From the NCBI GenBank assembly GCA_025060455.1, contig JANXBY010000038.1, forward strand, positions 2,292 through 66,291: 64,000 nt of DNA, written 5' to 3'. The notes below the pieces were generated by a model. That model searched no databases, was not told the DNA's origin, and worked only from the letters and a program-made list of their open reading frames with translations. Shown here in pieces: positions 18,881 to 28,048 of the stretch (positions are counted from its first letter, which is position 1; every line of letters starts with the position of its first letter). Source of the DNA: Armatimonadota bacterium. Lineage in GTDB: Bacteria > Sysuimicrobiota > Sysuimicrobiia > Sysuimicrobiales > Sysuimicrobiaceae. The translations under genes and the position numbers were made by a program.

Positions 18881-19483
18881 GTGCTGGGGCTGGAACCTGT
18901 GCAACTGGTGTTCACCGCGGCGGCGGTGCTGGTGGCCGCTACGGTACACGAGTACGCGCACGCATACGCGGCCGTGCAGCTGGGAGATCCCACCCCACGT
19001 TGGCTGGGACGGCTGACCCTGAACCCCCTCGCACACCTGGACCCCTTAGGTACGGCGCTGTTGCTCCTGGTGGGATTCGGGTGGGCCAAGCCGGTGCCCG
19101 TCAACCCCGCGCACTTCCAGGACCCCCGCAGGGGCGTGTTGCTGGTGGCGGTGGCGGGCCCGCTGGCCAACGTGTGCGTGGTCGGGGCCCTGGGTGTGCT
19201 GTACCGCCTGGGCCTGGTGCCGGAGGGCGGGTGGTTGGGGTCCTTCTGGGCCCGCATGCTGTACGTGAACGCGGTCCTCGCGGTGTTCAACCTGCTGCCC
19301 ATCCCTCCCCTGGACGGTTCCCGGGTGCTGCAAGCCCTGCTGCGCGGGGAGGCGGAGCAGGCGTACGCGCGCCTGCAGCCGTACGGGAACTTGCTGCTCC
19401 TGGTGCTGCTGGCCACGGGCTGGCTGGGACCGCTGCTGCGCGGGCCGGTGCTTTGGCTGGTTCGCTGGGCCGTGGGAGCGTGA
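18881..19483 (+). CDS. Site-2 protease-family (peptidase M50) membrane metallopeptidase
   Basis: 200 aa membrane protein with HEYAH zinc motif and an LNLLPIPPLDG motif. Confidence 0.8.
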   Translation: MLGLEPVQLVFTAAAVLVAATVHEYAHAYAAVQLGDPTPRWLGRLTLNPLAHLDPLGTALLLLVGFGWAKPVPVNPAHFQDPRRGVLLVAVAGPLANVCVVGALGVLYRLGLVPEGGWLGSFWARMLYVNAVLAVFNLLPIPPLDGSRVLQALLRGEAEQAYARLQPYGNLLLLVLLATGWLGPLLRGPVLWLVRWAVGA

Positions 19484-19492
19484 CGGGAGTCC

Positions 19493-20224
19493 ATGTCGGC
19501 CGGCCGTAGCCCCGTCGTCCGGGTGGCGGGTTTCGAGGGCCCCGTGGACGAGCTGGTCCGCCGCGCGCACGCGGGGGAGGTGGATCTGCGAGAGGTGGAC
19601 CTCACCTCCATGGTCCGAGCGTACCTCGACGGCCTCCGGGGTGAGGTGGACCTGGAAGAGGCCACGGAGTTCCTGTGGGCGGCGGCGGCCCTGGTGGAGA
19701 TGAAAAGCAGGCTGTTGCTGCCGCCCAAACCCCCGGCCCCGGAACCCGCCGTGGCCCAGGAGGAGGCCACGGACCTCGCGGAGCAGCTGCGCCAGCAGGT
19801 GGAGGAGTACCGGGTCTTCCGCGAGGCTGCGGAGGCTCTCGCCGCGCTGGAGGCCGTCCAGCGGCGGGTATTCACGAGGCCCCCAGAAGAGGGTTCCGAG
19901 GGCGAGCTGCCGTTGGTGGGGCTGACGGTGCAGGACCTGTTCGCCGCGTTCCGGCGCGTGCTGGAACGTTCCGAGAAGCCGGTGGAGGAGGTTCCGCGGG
20001 AGGGTGTGACGGTGGCCGACTGCATGCGCGCCATCCTGGCCCGTCTGGCCGCATCTCCCCACGGGCTGCAGTTTGACGAACTGTTCGAACCCGCCAGTCC
20101 CCGCATCGTGGTCATCGTGACCTTCCTCGCCCTCCTGGAGCTGGTGCGGCGGCGGCGGTTGCGCGTGGCGCAGATGGAGCCGTTCGGACCCATCCGGCTG
20201 TACGCCGCGGGAGGGGAGGCGTGA
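19493..20224 (+). CDS. scpA: Segregation and condensation protein A
   Basis: 243 aa. ScpA N-terminus (GFEGPVDELVRRAHAGEVDLREVDL) and conserved gene order before scpB. Confidence 0.9.
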   Translation: MSAGRSPVVRVAGFEGPVDELVRRAHAGEVDLREVDLTSMVRAYLDGLRGEVDLEEATEFLWAAAALVEMKSRLLLPPKPPAPEPAVAQEEATDLAEQLRQQVEEYRVFREAAEALAALEAVQRRVFTRPPEEGSEGELPLVGLTVQDLFAAFRRVLERSEKPVEEVPREGVTVADCMRAILARLAASPHGLQFDELFEPASPRIVVIVTFLALLELVRRRRLRVAQMEPFGPIRLYAAGGEA

Positions 20225-20784
20225 CGGAGGAGGACCGCGCCCGGACCCTGCGGTGTGCCTTGGAGTGCCTGCTTCTGGCAAGCGGGGGGCCGGTCCCCTT
20301 GCCGAAGCTGGCGCAGGCGCTGCAGTGCTCGGAGGAGGAAACCGAGGCGCTTTTGGCGCAGCTGGAGAAGGAGTACGAGGGCCGGGGCCTGATGCTCCAG
20401 CCGGTGGCCGGCGGCTGGCAGCTGTGCACGCGTCCGGAGTACGCGGACTACGTGACGCGGCTGGTGGCGGCGCAGCCGGAACCCTTGTCCCGGGCCACCC
20501 TGGAGACCCTGGCGGTGGTGGCGTACCGGCAGCCCGTCACCCGCGCGGAGGTGGAGGCGGTCCGGGGTGCCCGGAGCGACCACCACCTGCGCAAGCTCCT
20601 GGAGCGAAACCTGATCCGGGAGGTGGGCCGGAAACCCGGCCCCGGAAGCCCCATCCTGTACGGCACCACAGAGGTGTTCCTGAGGCACTTCGGCCTGCGG
20701 GACCTGTCCGACCTCCCGCCGCTGGAGGGCAGGCGGGTACAGGACATGCTGCGCACGCCCACGGGCAAGGAGGATGAGCGGTGA
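20221..20784 (+). CDS. scpB: Segregation and condensation protein B
   Basis: 187 aa with tandem winged-helix ScpB motifs. 4-nt overlap with scpA. Confidence 0.9.
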   Translation: MTEEDRARTLRCALECLLLASGGPVPLPKLAQALQCSEEETEALLAQLEKEYEGRGLMLQPVAGGWQLCTRPEYADYVTRLVAAQPEPLSRATLETLAVVAYRQPVTRAEVEAVRGARSDHHLRKLLERNLIREVGRKPGPGSPILYGTTEVFLRHFGLRDLSDLPPLEGRRVQDMLRTPTGKEDER

Positions 20785-21881
20785 GGGCTGGGCGGGTGGC
20801 CGCGCTGCTAGCCGCGCTCCTGGTGCAGCCTGCCGTAGCCAGGGGACAGCCTGCCCTGCAGGCGCAGGCGTTCGTGCTGATGGAGGCGCGCACCGGACAG
20901 GTGCTCGCAGAACACCGAGGGCGGCTGGCCTGGCCGCCGGCCAGCACCACGAAGGTCCTCACCGCGCTGCTGGTGGCGGAGTCCCTGGACCTGGACGCGG
21001 TGGTCACGGTGAGCCCCAGGGCCGCCGCCCAACGGGAGGGCGCTGCGGTGGGGCTGCGGGCCGGGGAGCGCCGCCGCGTGCGCGACCTGTTCTACGCCAT
21101 GTTGCTGGCCTCTGCCAACGACGCCGCGGTGGCCCTGGCGGAGGCTTCCGCGGGCAGCCTGGAGACGTTTGTACAGCGTATGAACCGCAGGGCACGGCAG
21201 CTGGGGGCCCACCACAGCCACTTCGTGAACCCGCACGGCCTTTACCACCCCCAGCACCGGTCCACCGCGTACGACCTGGCGCTGCTGGCGCGCGCTGCCC
21301 TGCGCAACCCCCGGGTCACGGAGGCGGTGGCCGCCGTGGAGTACGACTACCCTGAGGACGGAGGGCTGCGCCGCATCACCAACCGCAACCGCCTGCTGCG
21401 GACCTACCCGGGTGCCAACGGAGTCAAGACGGGCTGGATCGCGCAGTCCGGTCCCTGCTTGGTGGCGTCCGCGCGCCGGGGGGATCGGACGTTGATCGCG
21501 GTGGTGCTGGACTCCGCCCGGGTGTTCGAGGACGCTGCGGCGCTGCTGGACTTCGGGTTTTCCCGTTACGAGCTGCGGGCGCTGGCCCGGCCGGGCCAAG
21601 CTGTGGCGGAGCTACCGGTGCCCGGCGGACCAACGCTGAGGGCCGGCGTGCGGGACGAGTTGGTCTGGTCGGTAGCCCGCGGTGTGCCGGTGGAGTTGCG
21701 GCCCCGGTGGGAAGGGGAGCTGAGGCCGCCAGTGCCCGCGGGCCGGGACGTGGGCTGGGTGGAGGTCGTGGTGGACGGGCGGGTGGAAACGCGGGCGCGC
21801 CTGGTGGCGCTGCACGGGGTGGAGGAGAAGCCGGCGGGGAGCGTGTTCCGGTGGCTGTGGGAGCGGCTGTGGGGCCGGTAG
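20781..21881 (+). CDS. D-alanyl-D-alanine carboxypeptidase (peptidase S11, DacB-like)
   Basis: Signal peptide plus STTKVLTAL (SxxK), SAND (SxN) and KTG motifs. Confidence 0.9.
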   Translation: MRAGRVAALLAALLVQPAVARGQPALQAQAFVLMEARTGQVLAEHRGRLAWPPASTTKVLTALLVAESLDLDAVVTVSPRAAAQREGAAVGLRAGERRRVRDLFYAMLLASANDAAVALAEASAGSLETFVQRMNRRARQLGAHHSHFVNPHGLYHPQHRSTAYDLALLARAALRNPRVTEAVAAVEYDYPEDGGLRRITNRNRLLRTYPGANGVKTGWIAQSGPCLVASARRGDRTLIAVVLDSARVFEDAAALLDFGFSRYELRALARPGQAVAELPVPGGPTLRAGVRDELVWSVARGVPVELRPRWEGELRPPVPAGRDVGWVEVVVDGRVETRARLVALHGVEEKPAGSVFRWLWERLWGR

Positions 21882-22723
21882 TGCTCGCGTGCGCAGCGCT
21901 GCTGGCGGCGTCCGTACCCGCGGCCGCGCTGCAGGTGCTGGACGCCACGGGGACGCGGGTGGTGCTCCCACGGCCCGCGGTGCGGGTGGTGTCCCTGGCG
22001 CCGAGCGTCACCGAGGTGCTGTGGGCCCTGGGGGCGGGCCCTCAGGTGGTGGGAGTTTCCTCCGCGGACGACTATCCCCCAGGGGTCCGCACCCGGCCGC
22101 GGGTGGGTGGGGTGCGGGTGGACGAAGAGCGTCTGGCGAGCCTGCGGCCGGACCTGGTCGTCGGGGTGCAGAGCCTGCAGGGTCCGGTCCTGGCGAGGCT
22201 GCGCGCCCTGGGGTACCGGGTGGTGGCCCTGGAGGCCAACAGCCTGGAGGAGGCGTACCACTCCGTGGTGGTTCTGGGAGAGCTCACCGGCCGCGGAAAG
22301 GCGGCGCAGCAGCTGGTGGAGAGCATGCGGCGCGAGGAGGCCGCGGTGGCCAGCCGGTTGCAGGGCCGCCGGCGCGTGAGGGTGTTCGTGCAGGTTTGGG
22401 ATCAGCCCTTCATCACCGCGGGGGGCGGCACGTTCACCGACGACCTGGTGCGGCGGGCAGGTGGCCAGAACGTGTTCGCGGACCGGCGCGGGTGGCCGCA
22501 GGTATCCGAGGAGGAAGTTGTGGCCAGGGACCCGCAGTGCGTGGTGGTTCTCGGCAAGGGCGCGGACCGCTTGCGCCGCCGGGCTGCCTGGCAGCACACC
22601 ACAGCCCTCCAACGCGGCTGTGTGGGGGAGGTGGACCCGTCGTGGGCCGTGCGGCCTGGACCCCGAGCGGTGCTGGGGCTTCGGGCCCTCGCTCGCCTGC
22701 TGCACCCCGGGGTAGCTTGGTGA
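21881..22723 (+). CDS. Periplasmic binding protein, BtuF/FecB-like (TroA superfamily)
   Basis: RVVSLAPSVTEVLWALGAGPQVVGVSSADDYP...LRPDLVV pattern typical of cobalamin/siderophore binding proteins. Start is uncertain: several in-frame GTGs around 21860-21885. Confidence 0.75.
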   Translation: MLACAALLAASVPAAALQVLDATGTRVVLPRPAVRVVSLAPSVTEVLWALGAGPQVVGVSSADDYPPGVRTRPRVGGVRVDEERLASLRPDLVVGVQSLQGPVLARLRALGYRVVALEANSLEEAYHSVVVLGELTGRGKAAQQLVESMRREEAAVASRLQGRRRVRVFVQVWDQPFITAGGGTFTDDLVRRAGGQNVFADRRGWPQVSEEEVVARDPQCVVVLGKGADRLRRRAAWQHTTALQRGCVGEVDPSWAVRPGPRAVLGLRALARLLHPGVAW

Positions 22724-23499
22724 GGCTGGAGCTGTTGGGCGTGCACGTACGGCTGGACGGCCGAGAGGTGCTGAGCGGGGTGGATCTCGTGGTTCAAGCG
22801 GGCGAGCTGGTGGCGGTCTGCGGCCCCAACGGCGCGGGCAAGAGCACGCTACTGCGCTGCGCGGCGGGTTTGCTCAGGCCTCAGGCAGGCTCTGTGCGGG
22901 TGGACGGGGCGGAGGTCAGCTCCCTTCCGCCCAAGGAGAGAGCGCGCCGGGTGGGCTACCTCCCCCAGCAGCCGTCCGTACCTGCGGGGCTGCGGTGCGC
23001 GGAGGTGGCGCGCCTCGGCCGGTACGCGGCCAGCTCTGGCTGGACCCTGGGTTGGAGCGAGGCGGACGACGGGGCCGCGCGGGAGGCGCTGCGGGCCACG
23101 GACACCGCGCACCTGGCCGACCGCCCGGTGGAAGGCACCAGCGGCGGAGAGCGGCAGAGGGTCCTGCTGGCCAGGGTGCTGGCGCAGGGAGCCCGCCTAC
23201 TGGTCCTGGACGAGCCCACCGCCCACCTGGACCTCGCGCACCAGGTGCAGGTGGCTCGGCTGTTGCGCACGCTGTGCCAGCAAGGCTACTCGGTCCTGGC
23301 CGCCACCCACGACCTGAACCTGGCCTCCCTGTTCTTCCAGCGGCTGGTGCTGCTGGACCGCGGCCGCGTGGTCATTCAGGGGCCCTCGCGGGACGTCCTG
23401 CGGGACGAGACCGTGCGCAGCACGTACGGGCCCGCAGCGGTGGTGCTTCCGCACCCCCACTCGGGGCACCCGGTGGTGCTCCCGGAGGTCCCCGCGTGA
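22720..23499 (+). CDS. ABC transporter ATP-binding protein (FecE/BtuD-like)
   Basis: GPNGAGKSTLL Walker A, LSGGERQRVLLA signature, LDEPT Walker B. GTG start overlaps the upstream stop (GTGA). Confidence 0.85.
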   Translation: MRLELLGVHVRLDGREVLSGVDLVVQAGELVAVCGPNGAGKSTLLRCAAGLLRPQAGSVRVDGAEVSSLPPKERARRVGYLPQQPSVPAGLRCAEVARLGRYAASSGWTLGWSEADDGAAREALRATDTAHLADRPVEGTSGGERQRVLLARVLAQGARLLVLDEPTAHLDLAHQVQVARLLRTLCQQGYSVLAATHDLNLASLFFQRLVLLDRGRVVIQGPSRDVLRDETVRSTYGPAAVVLPHPHSGHPVVLPEVPA

Positions 23500-24176
23500 A
23501 CGGCGGGCTGAGGGTGGCCATCGACGGTCCTATGGGCGCGGGCAAGGGAACCGTGGCCCGCCTGGTAGCCTGCAGGTTGGGTTACCGCTACGTGGACACC
23601 GGTGCCATGTACCGGGCCGTGGCGTGGAAGGCCCTCAGGGAGGGCGTGGATCTGGAGGACCCGCGTGCGGTGGAGGAGGTGGCGCGGGCGGCGCGGATCC
23701 GGCTGGAACCGAACCCGGAGGGGATGCGGGTGTGGTGCGACGGGGAAGACGTCACCGAGGCCATCCGGTCCGCGCAGGTGTCCGCGGCGGTGGCTCGGGT
23801 GGCGGCCAACCCTGGCGTCCGGGCGCTGCTCACCGAGCAGCAGCGGGAGATGGCGCGCGGTGGCGGGGTGGTCATGGAGGGGCGGGATATCGGCACCGTG
23901 GTGCTGCCCGACGCGGAGGTGAAGGTGTTCCTCGAAGCCTCCCTGGAGGAGCGGGCGCGGCGGCGGTACGCGGAGCTTCGAGCGCGGGGCGAGGCCGTGT
24001 CCCTGGACCAGGTGCGAGAGCTGGTCCGCCGGGACGATGAGGTGGCCCGCACCCGGATCACCGCGCCCCTGCGGCGTGCCCAGGACGCGGTGTTGGTGGA
24101 CACCACGGGCCGCACGCCGGAGGAGGTGGCGGAGGAGATCGTGCGGTTGGTCGAAGCCCGCGTGGGGGTGCGGTGA
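23496..24176 (+). CDS. cmk: Cytidylate kinase
   Basis: VAIDGPMGAGKGTVARLVACRLGYRYVDTGAMYRAV. GTGA overlap with the upstream gene; the longer ORF from 22995 is rejected. Confidence 0.9.
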   Translation: MNGGLRVAIDGPMGAGKGTVARLVACRLGYRYVDTGAMYRAVAWKALREGVDLEDPRAVEEVARAARIRLEPNPEGMRVWCDGEDVTEAIRSAQVSAAVARVAANPGVRALLTEQQREMARGGGVVMEGRDIGTVVLPDAEVKVFLEASLEERARRRYAELRARGEAVSLDQVRELVRRDDEVARTRITAPLRRAQDAVLVDTTGRTPEEVAEEIVRLVEARVGVR

Positions 24177-24877
24177 TGGAGGTCCGAAGCGGCGAGGCGC
24201 TACGCCCGGAACTCCGGCGCGGCCTGGGAGACTGGGTGTACGCGGCCAGCAAGCTGCTCGTCCAAGGGGTGCTGTACGGTGTTTTCCGCATGGAGGTCAC
24301 GGGACGCGAGCATGAGCCGGCCGAAGGGCCGTTTTTGGCGGTGTCCAACCACTGGAGCGCCTTGGACCCGCCCGTGCTGGGCGCGGCCCTTCGGCGCAAG
24401 GTGCACTTCATGGCCAAGCAGGAGCTGTTCGCGATCCCGGTGCTGCGCAGCTGGATGCGGTGCATTGGAACCTTCCCCGTGCGCCGGGGACAGCCCGACC
24501 GGCAAGCCATCCGCACCGCGCTGCAGGTGCTGGAGCGGGGCGGGGTGGTGGGGATGTTCCCCGAGGGGACGCGCAACCCCCAGGGCTACCTGCTGCCCGC
24601 GGAACCCGGGGCGGCGTTCCTGGCCCTGAAGGCACGGGTTCCCATCCTACCGGTGGGGATCCTGGGGACGCTGGAGGTACTGCCCAAGGGCGCGTGGGTG
24701 CCCCGGATCCGCAAGATCCGGGTACGCATCGGACCGCCGTTTCGGGTGGACGACCTGGTGGACGCCCCGGACCGGTTGCAACAGGCCAGCGACCGCATCA
24801 TGGCTGCCATCGCGGCCCTGTTGGGTGTCCGCCCGCCGGCCCACGCACCGCACGGGCAAGGCCGGGACAGCCCGTGA
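24173..24877 (+). CDS. plsC: 1-acyl-sn-glycerol-3-phosphate acyltransferase
   Basis: HxxxxD acyltransferase motif (VSNHWSALD) and FPEGTR motif. Conserved cmk-plsC-ispH order. Confidence 0.9.
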   Translation: MMEVRSGEALRPELRRGLGDWVYAASKLLVQGVLYGVFRMEVTGREHEPAEGPFLAVSNHWSALDPPVLGAALRRKVHFMAKQELFAIPVLRSWMRCIGTFPVRRGQPDRQAIRTALQVLERGGVVGMFPEGTRNPQGYLLPAEPGAAFLALKARVPILPVGILGTLEVLPKGAWVPRIRKIRVRIGPPFRVDDLVDAPDRLQQASDRIMAAIAALLGVRPPAHAPHGQGRDSP

Positions 24878-24895
24878 TATGCTGGAGGTCAGGTC

Positions 24896-25744
24896 ATGCG
24901 CGTGGTGATCGCCAAGCACATGGGGTTCTGCGGGGGTGTGCGCAGGGCGGTGGACCTCGCCCTGCGCGCAGCGCGGAACGGGCAGGGTGGGGCTTCGACG
25001 TGGGGCCCCCTGATCCACAACCCGCAGGAAGTGGAGCGCCTGAGTCGGGAGGGCGTGCGGGTGGCGCAGCGTCCCGAAGAACTCTCCGGCGTGTTTGTGG
25101 TGTCCGCTTACGGGGTGGAGTCCGCGGTGCTGGAGGCGGTGCGGCAGCGCGGCATGGAGGTCGTGGACGCCACCTGTCCTGTGGTCACCCGGGCCCATGA
25201 GCTGGCCGAGAGGCTCGTGGAGGAGGGCTACTTCGTGGTGGCGGTGGGCGACCACGGGCACCCCGAGATGGTGACGTTGAAGGAGAAACTGGGAGACCGG
25301 GTGGCGGTGGTGCACACGCCGGAGGAGGTGGCCGCGCTCCGGCTGCGGGGCAAGGTGGCGGTGATCTCGCAAACCACCCAGTCCTTGGAGAACTTCCGCC
25401 GCATCGTGGCGGACATCGTGACGCGGGTCAAGGAGACGAAGGTGGTCAACACCCTGTGCCCCGCCATCACCGTGCGGCAGGAAGAGGCGCTGCGCCTGGT
25501 GGAGGAAGTGGACGTGCTGCTGGTGGTGGGGGGGCGCGGCAGCTCCAACACCACCCGGCTGGCGGAGATCGGCCGCCAGTGGGGGGTTGCCACCTACCAC
25601 GTGGAGACCGCGGACGAACTGCACCCCTCGTGGTTTTCCGCGGACTGTACCGTCGGCGTGATGTCCGGGGCGTCGACCCCCGACTGGATCATCGAGCAGG
25701 TGCTGGTGCGCCTGGACGAGATCCGCACCCAGCTCGGCGGCTGA
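24896..25744 (+). CDS. ispH: 4-hydroxy-3-methylbut-2-enyl diphosphate reductase
   Basis: 282 aa with MGFCGGVRRAV, ATCPVVT and NTLCPAI cysteine motifs of IspH/LytB. Confidence 0.95.
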   Translation: MRVVIAKHMGFCGGVRRAVDLALRAARNGQGGASTWGPLIHNPQEVERLSREGVRVAQRPEELSGVFVVSAYGVESAVLEAVRQRGMEVVDATCPVVTRAHELAERLVEEGYFVVAVGDHGHPEMVTLKEKLGDRVAVVHTPEEVAALRLRGKVAVISQTTQSLENFRRIVADIVTRVKETKVVNTLCPAITVRQEEALRLVEEVDVLLVVGGRGSSNTTRLAEIGRQWGVATYHVETADELHPSWFSADCTVGVMSGASTPDWIIEQVLVRLDEIRTQLGG

Positions 25745-25751
25745 GGCTCGG

Positions 25752-26168
25752 TCAGCCTCCCGGGTTCAGGAGCTGCGTGCACACAGACACCACGTGCTGG
25801 GCGTCCCTTCGGGCGCGGTCGGCGTCCTCCGCGGTGTACTCGAGGGTCGGGATGAAGTCCACATCTCCGTAGAAGGAGAACTCCCGTTCCTTCCTCAGCC
25901 ACTTCGAAATCCGGGCGAGGTCGCGGAGCTGGGTCTGGACCTCCGCGGGGAAGCGGTCGGCATGCTCCAGCAGAACGGGACCCACGTCGTGGAGCTTCGG
26001 AGGTTCCACACCGACGAGGCGAAGCGCGCCCTTCAGCGCCAGCTCCACGACCTCCTGTGCTTCCCGGACCACGTCGGAGTAGGCGCCCTGCTGGTACAGG
26101 AGGTCCAGCACGGGCAGGCGCTTCCGTGCCTTGTCCAGGTACGCGCGCCCCAGGGAGCTATTCGTCAC
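25752..26168 (-). CDS. HEPN-domain toxin of a HEPN/MNT toxin-antitoxin pair
   Basis: About 138 aa HEPN fold. GTG start overlaps the stop of the upstream MNT gene (GTGA). The track ORF extends to 26219, which would overlap MNT by 55 nt. Confidence 0.7.
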   Translation of the reverse strand: MTNSSLGRAYLDKARKRLPVLDLLYQQGAYSDVVREAQEVVELALKGALRLVGVEPPKLHDVGPVLLEHADRFPAEVQTQLRDLARISKWLRKEREFSFYGDVDFIPTLEYTAEDADRARRDAQHVVSVCTQLLNPGG

Positions 26169-26674
26169 AGTTCGAACTCCTCGCCGGGGCGGAACGGGTC
26201 TTTGAGCCGCCAGTACCACGCTCCCCCGTACGGGATGCGGCGGGCCCCCAGCTCCCGCAGGCGGTGCTGGAGCTCCGACAGGATCCGGGCGAAGAAGCCA
26301 CCGCGGTCGTACAGGATCCGCGCGTCCTCCGTCATGTCGAGGAACAAGGGAATCTTCCGCGCGGCCTCCTCGGGGGTCAGCAGGACGGGGGACAGGCTCG
26401 CCCGCACGCCGGCCTTAGAAGCCGCCCGCAGGTCTCCTTCCACGGCGTCCTCCACCGGCTCGAAGGTCTCCAGCCTGCGGACACGGCCACGCGGCAGGTC
26501 CTCCACCACCAGCAAGAGGTCCACGTCCGAATCCGGCCGAGGCACTCCCCGGCCCACGGAACCGAAGACGGCGAAGCTCACCAGCCGTTCTCCGTACACC
26601 CGGTGTGCTTCCTCGAGGCAGCGCCGCACAAGCCGCTCGTACGTGTGCCGGACGCCCGGGGCCATCGCTGCCAT
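26165..26674 (-). CDS. Nucleotidyltransferase (MNT/minimal NTase) antitoxin
   Basis: 169 aa. The GSVGRG...DSDVDLLLVVED motif is the Pol-beta-like NTase GS/DxD signature. Only the 3' 510 nt of the 26165-27670 antisense ORF is real. Confidence 0.8.
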   Translation of the reverse strand: MAAMAPGVRHTYERLVRRCLEEAHRVYGERLVSFAVFGSVGRGVPRPDSDVDLLLVVEDLPRGRVRRLETFEPVEDAVEGDLRAASKAGVRASLSPVLLTPEEAARKIPLFLDMTEDARILYDRGGFFARILSELQHRLRELGARRIPYGGAWYWRLKDPFRPGEEFEL

Positions 26675-26704
26675 TCTACCCCAGTGGTAACATGGGAAGC
26701 CGTA

Positions 26705-28048
26705 GTGCGCACGCGACGGCTTCCTCTCGTGGCCCTGGTGGGCCGTCCCAACGTAGGCAAGTCGGCGTTGTTCAACCGCATCGCGCGCCGGCGGCTGGCC
26801 ATCGTGGAGGACACGCCGGGGGTCACCCGCGACCGGCTGTACACGGAGGTGGAGTGGTCGGGCCGGCGGTTCGGGCTGGTGGACACGGGTGGCTACGTCC
26901 CCCGGTCCCAGGATCCCCTGGTGGAGCAGGTGCGGTGGCAGGCGCAGCAAGCGGTGGAGGAGGCAGACGTGGTGGTGTTGGTGGTGGACGCACAGGCGGG
27001 CGTTGTGCCGTCGGACCACGAGGTTGCGGAGGTGCTGCGGCGGTCCGGGAAGCCGGTGGTGGTGGCGGTGAACAAGGTGGACTCCCCCGGCGAGGCGGCC
27101 GCCGCGGGTGCGGAGTTCTCCGCCCTGGGATTTGAAGAGGTCGTCCCCGTCTCCGCCCTGCACGGGCTGCGGGTGAACGACCTGCTGGACCGAGTCCTGC
27201 GGCACCTGCCGGGGCCGGCGGAGGCGGAGGCGGAGGAGGAGGCGGTGCGGGTGTCGGTGGTGGGGCGTCCCAACGTGGGCAAGTCGTCCCTGGTGAACGC
27301 TCTGGTGGGCGCGCCGCGGGTGGTGGTGGACGAGCGGCCGGGCACCACCCGGGATGCCGTGGACACCCTCCTGCGGCACCGGGACCGGCCTTTCCTGCTG
27401 GTGGACACCGCCGGGCTGCGGCGCCGGGCCCGCGTGCGGGAGGCGCTGGAGTTCTACAGCGCGCGGCGGGCCCAGCAGGCCCTGGAGCGGTGCCACGTGG
27501 CGGTTCTGGTGGTGGACGCCTCGGAAGGCGTCACCGACCAGGATCAGCGCATTGCCCGGGAGGTGGCGGACCGGGGAAAGGCGCTGGTGGTGGCGGCCAA
27601 CAAATGGGACCTGGTGCGGGGGGGCCTGGCGGAGGAGCGGGCCAAGCAACTGTACCACGCCCTCCGGCACGTTTCATTCGCCCCGGTGCTCTTCGTCTCC
27701 GCCAAGACCGGCCGCAACGTCACCCGCATCCTGGACGCGGCCCTGCGGGTGGACCGAGCCCACGCCCTGCGGGTGCCCACCGGGCCGTTGAACCGCGCGG
27801 TGGAGGCTGCGGAGGCCGCACACCCAGCACCCGCAGACGCCTGGGGCCGGGCCCTGAAGATCTACTACGCCACTCAGGTCTCGACCCGTCCACCGACGGT
27901 GGCCCTGTTCGTGAACTTCCCGGAGCTGGCCACGGAGGCGTACCTGCGGCACCTGGAAGCCCGGTTGCGAGAGCGGTTCGACTTCGAGGGCACGCCGATC
28001 CGGTTCGTGTTGCGGGCGCGGCGGCCGCGCCGGGAGGAACGGCCGTGA
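26705..28048 (+). CDS. der: Ribosome-biogenesis GTPase Der (EngA)
   Basis: Two tandem GTPase domains (GRPNVGKS twice; DTGG and DTAG), then a KH-like C-terminus. Start is ambiguous: in-frame GTG at 26684, 26705 or 26726. The 26057 ORF start is rejected because it overlaps the antisense toxin-antitoxin genes. Confidence 0.9.
   Translation: MRTRRLPLVALVGRPNVGKSALFNRIARRRLAIVEDTPGVTRDRLYTEVEWSGRRFGLVDTGGYVPRSQDPLVEQVRWQAQQAVEEADVVVLVVDAQAGVVPSDHEVAEVLRRSGKPVVVAVNKVDSPGEAAAAGAEFSALGFEEVVPVSALHGLRVNDLLDRVLRHLPGPAEAEAEEEAVRVSVVGRPNVGKSSLVNALVGAPRVVVDERPGTTRDAVDTLLRHRDRPFLLVDTAGLRRRARVREALEFYSARRAQQALERCHVAVLVVDASEGVTDQDQRIAREVADRGKALVVAANKWDLVRGGLAEERAKQLYHALRHVSFAPVLFVSAKTGRNVTRILDAALRVDRAHALRVPTGPLNRAVEAAEAAHPAPADAWGRALKIYYATQVSTRPPTVALFVNFPELATEAYLRHLEARLRERFDFEGTPIRFVLRARRPRREERP

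Noticed and set aside
16963-20688. 1241-aa antisense ORF spanning thiolase, lysA, M50 protease and scpA
   Set aside because: Crosses four independently supported genes on both strands. High-GC artefact.
26165-27670. 501-aa minus-strand ORF
   Set aside because: Only the 3' 510 nt (the MNT nucleotidyltransferase) are real. The rest is antisense to der.
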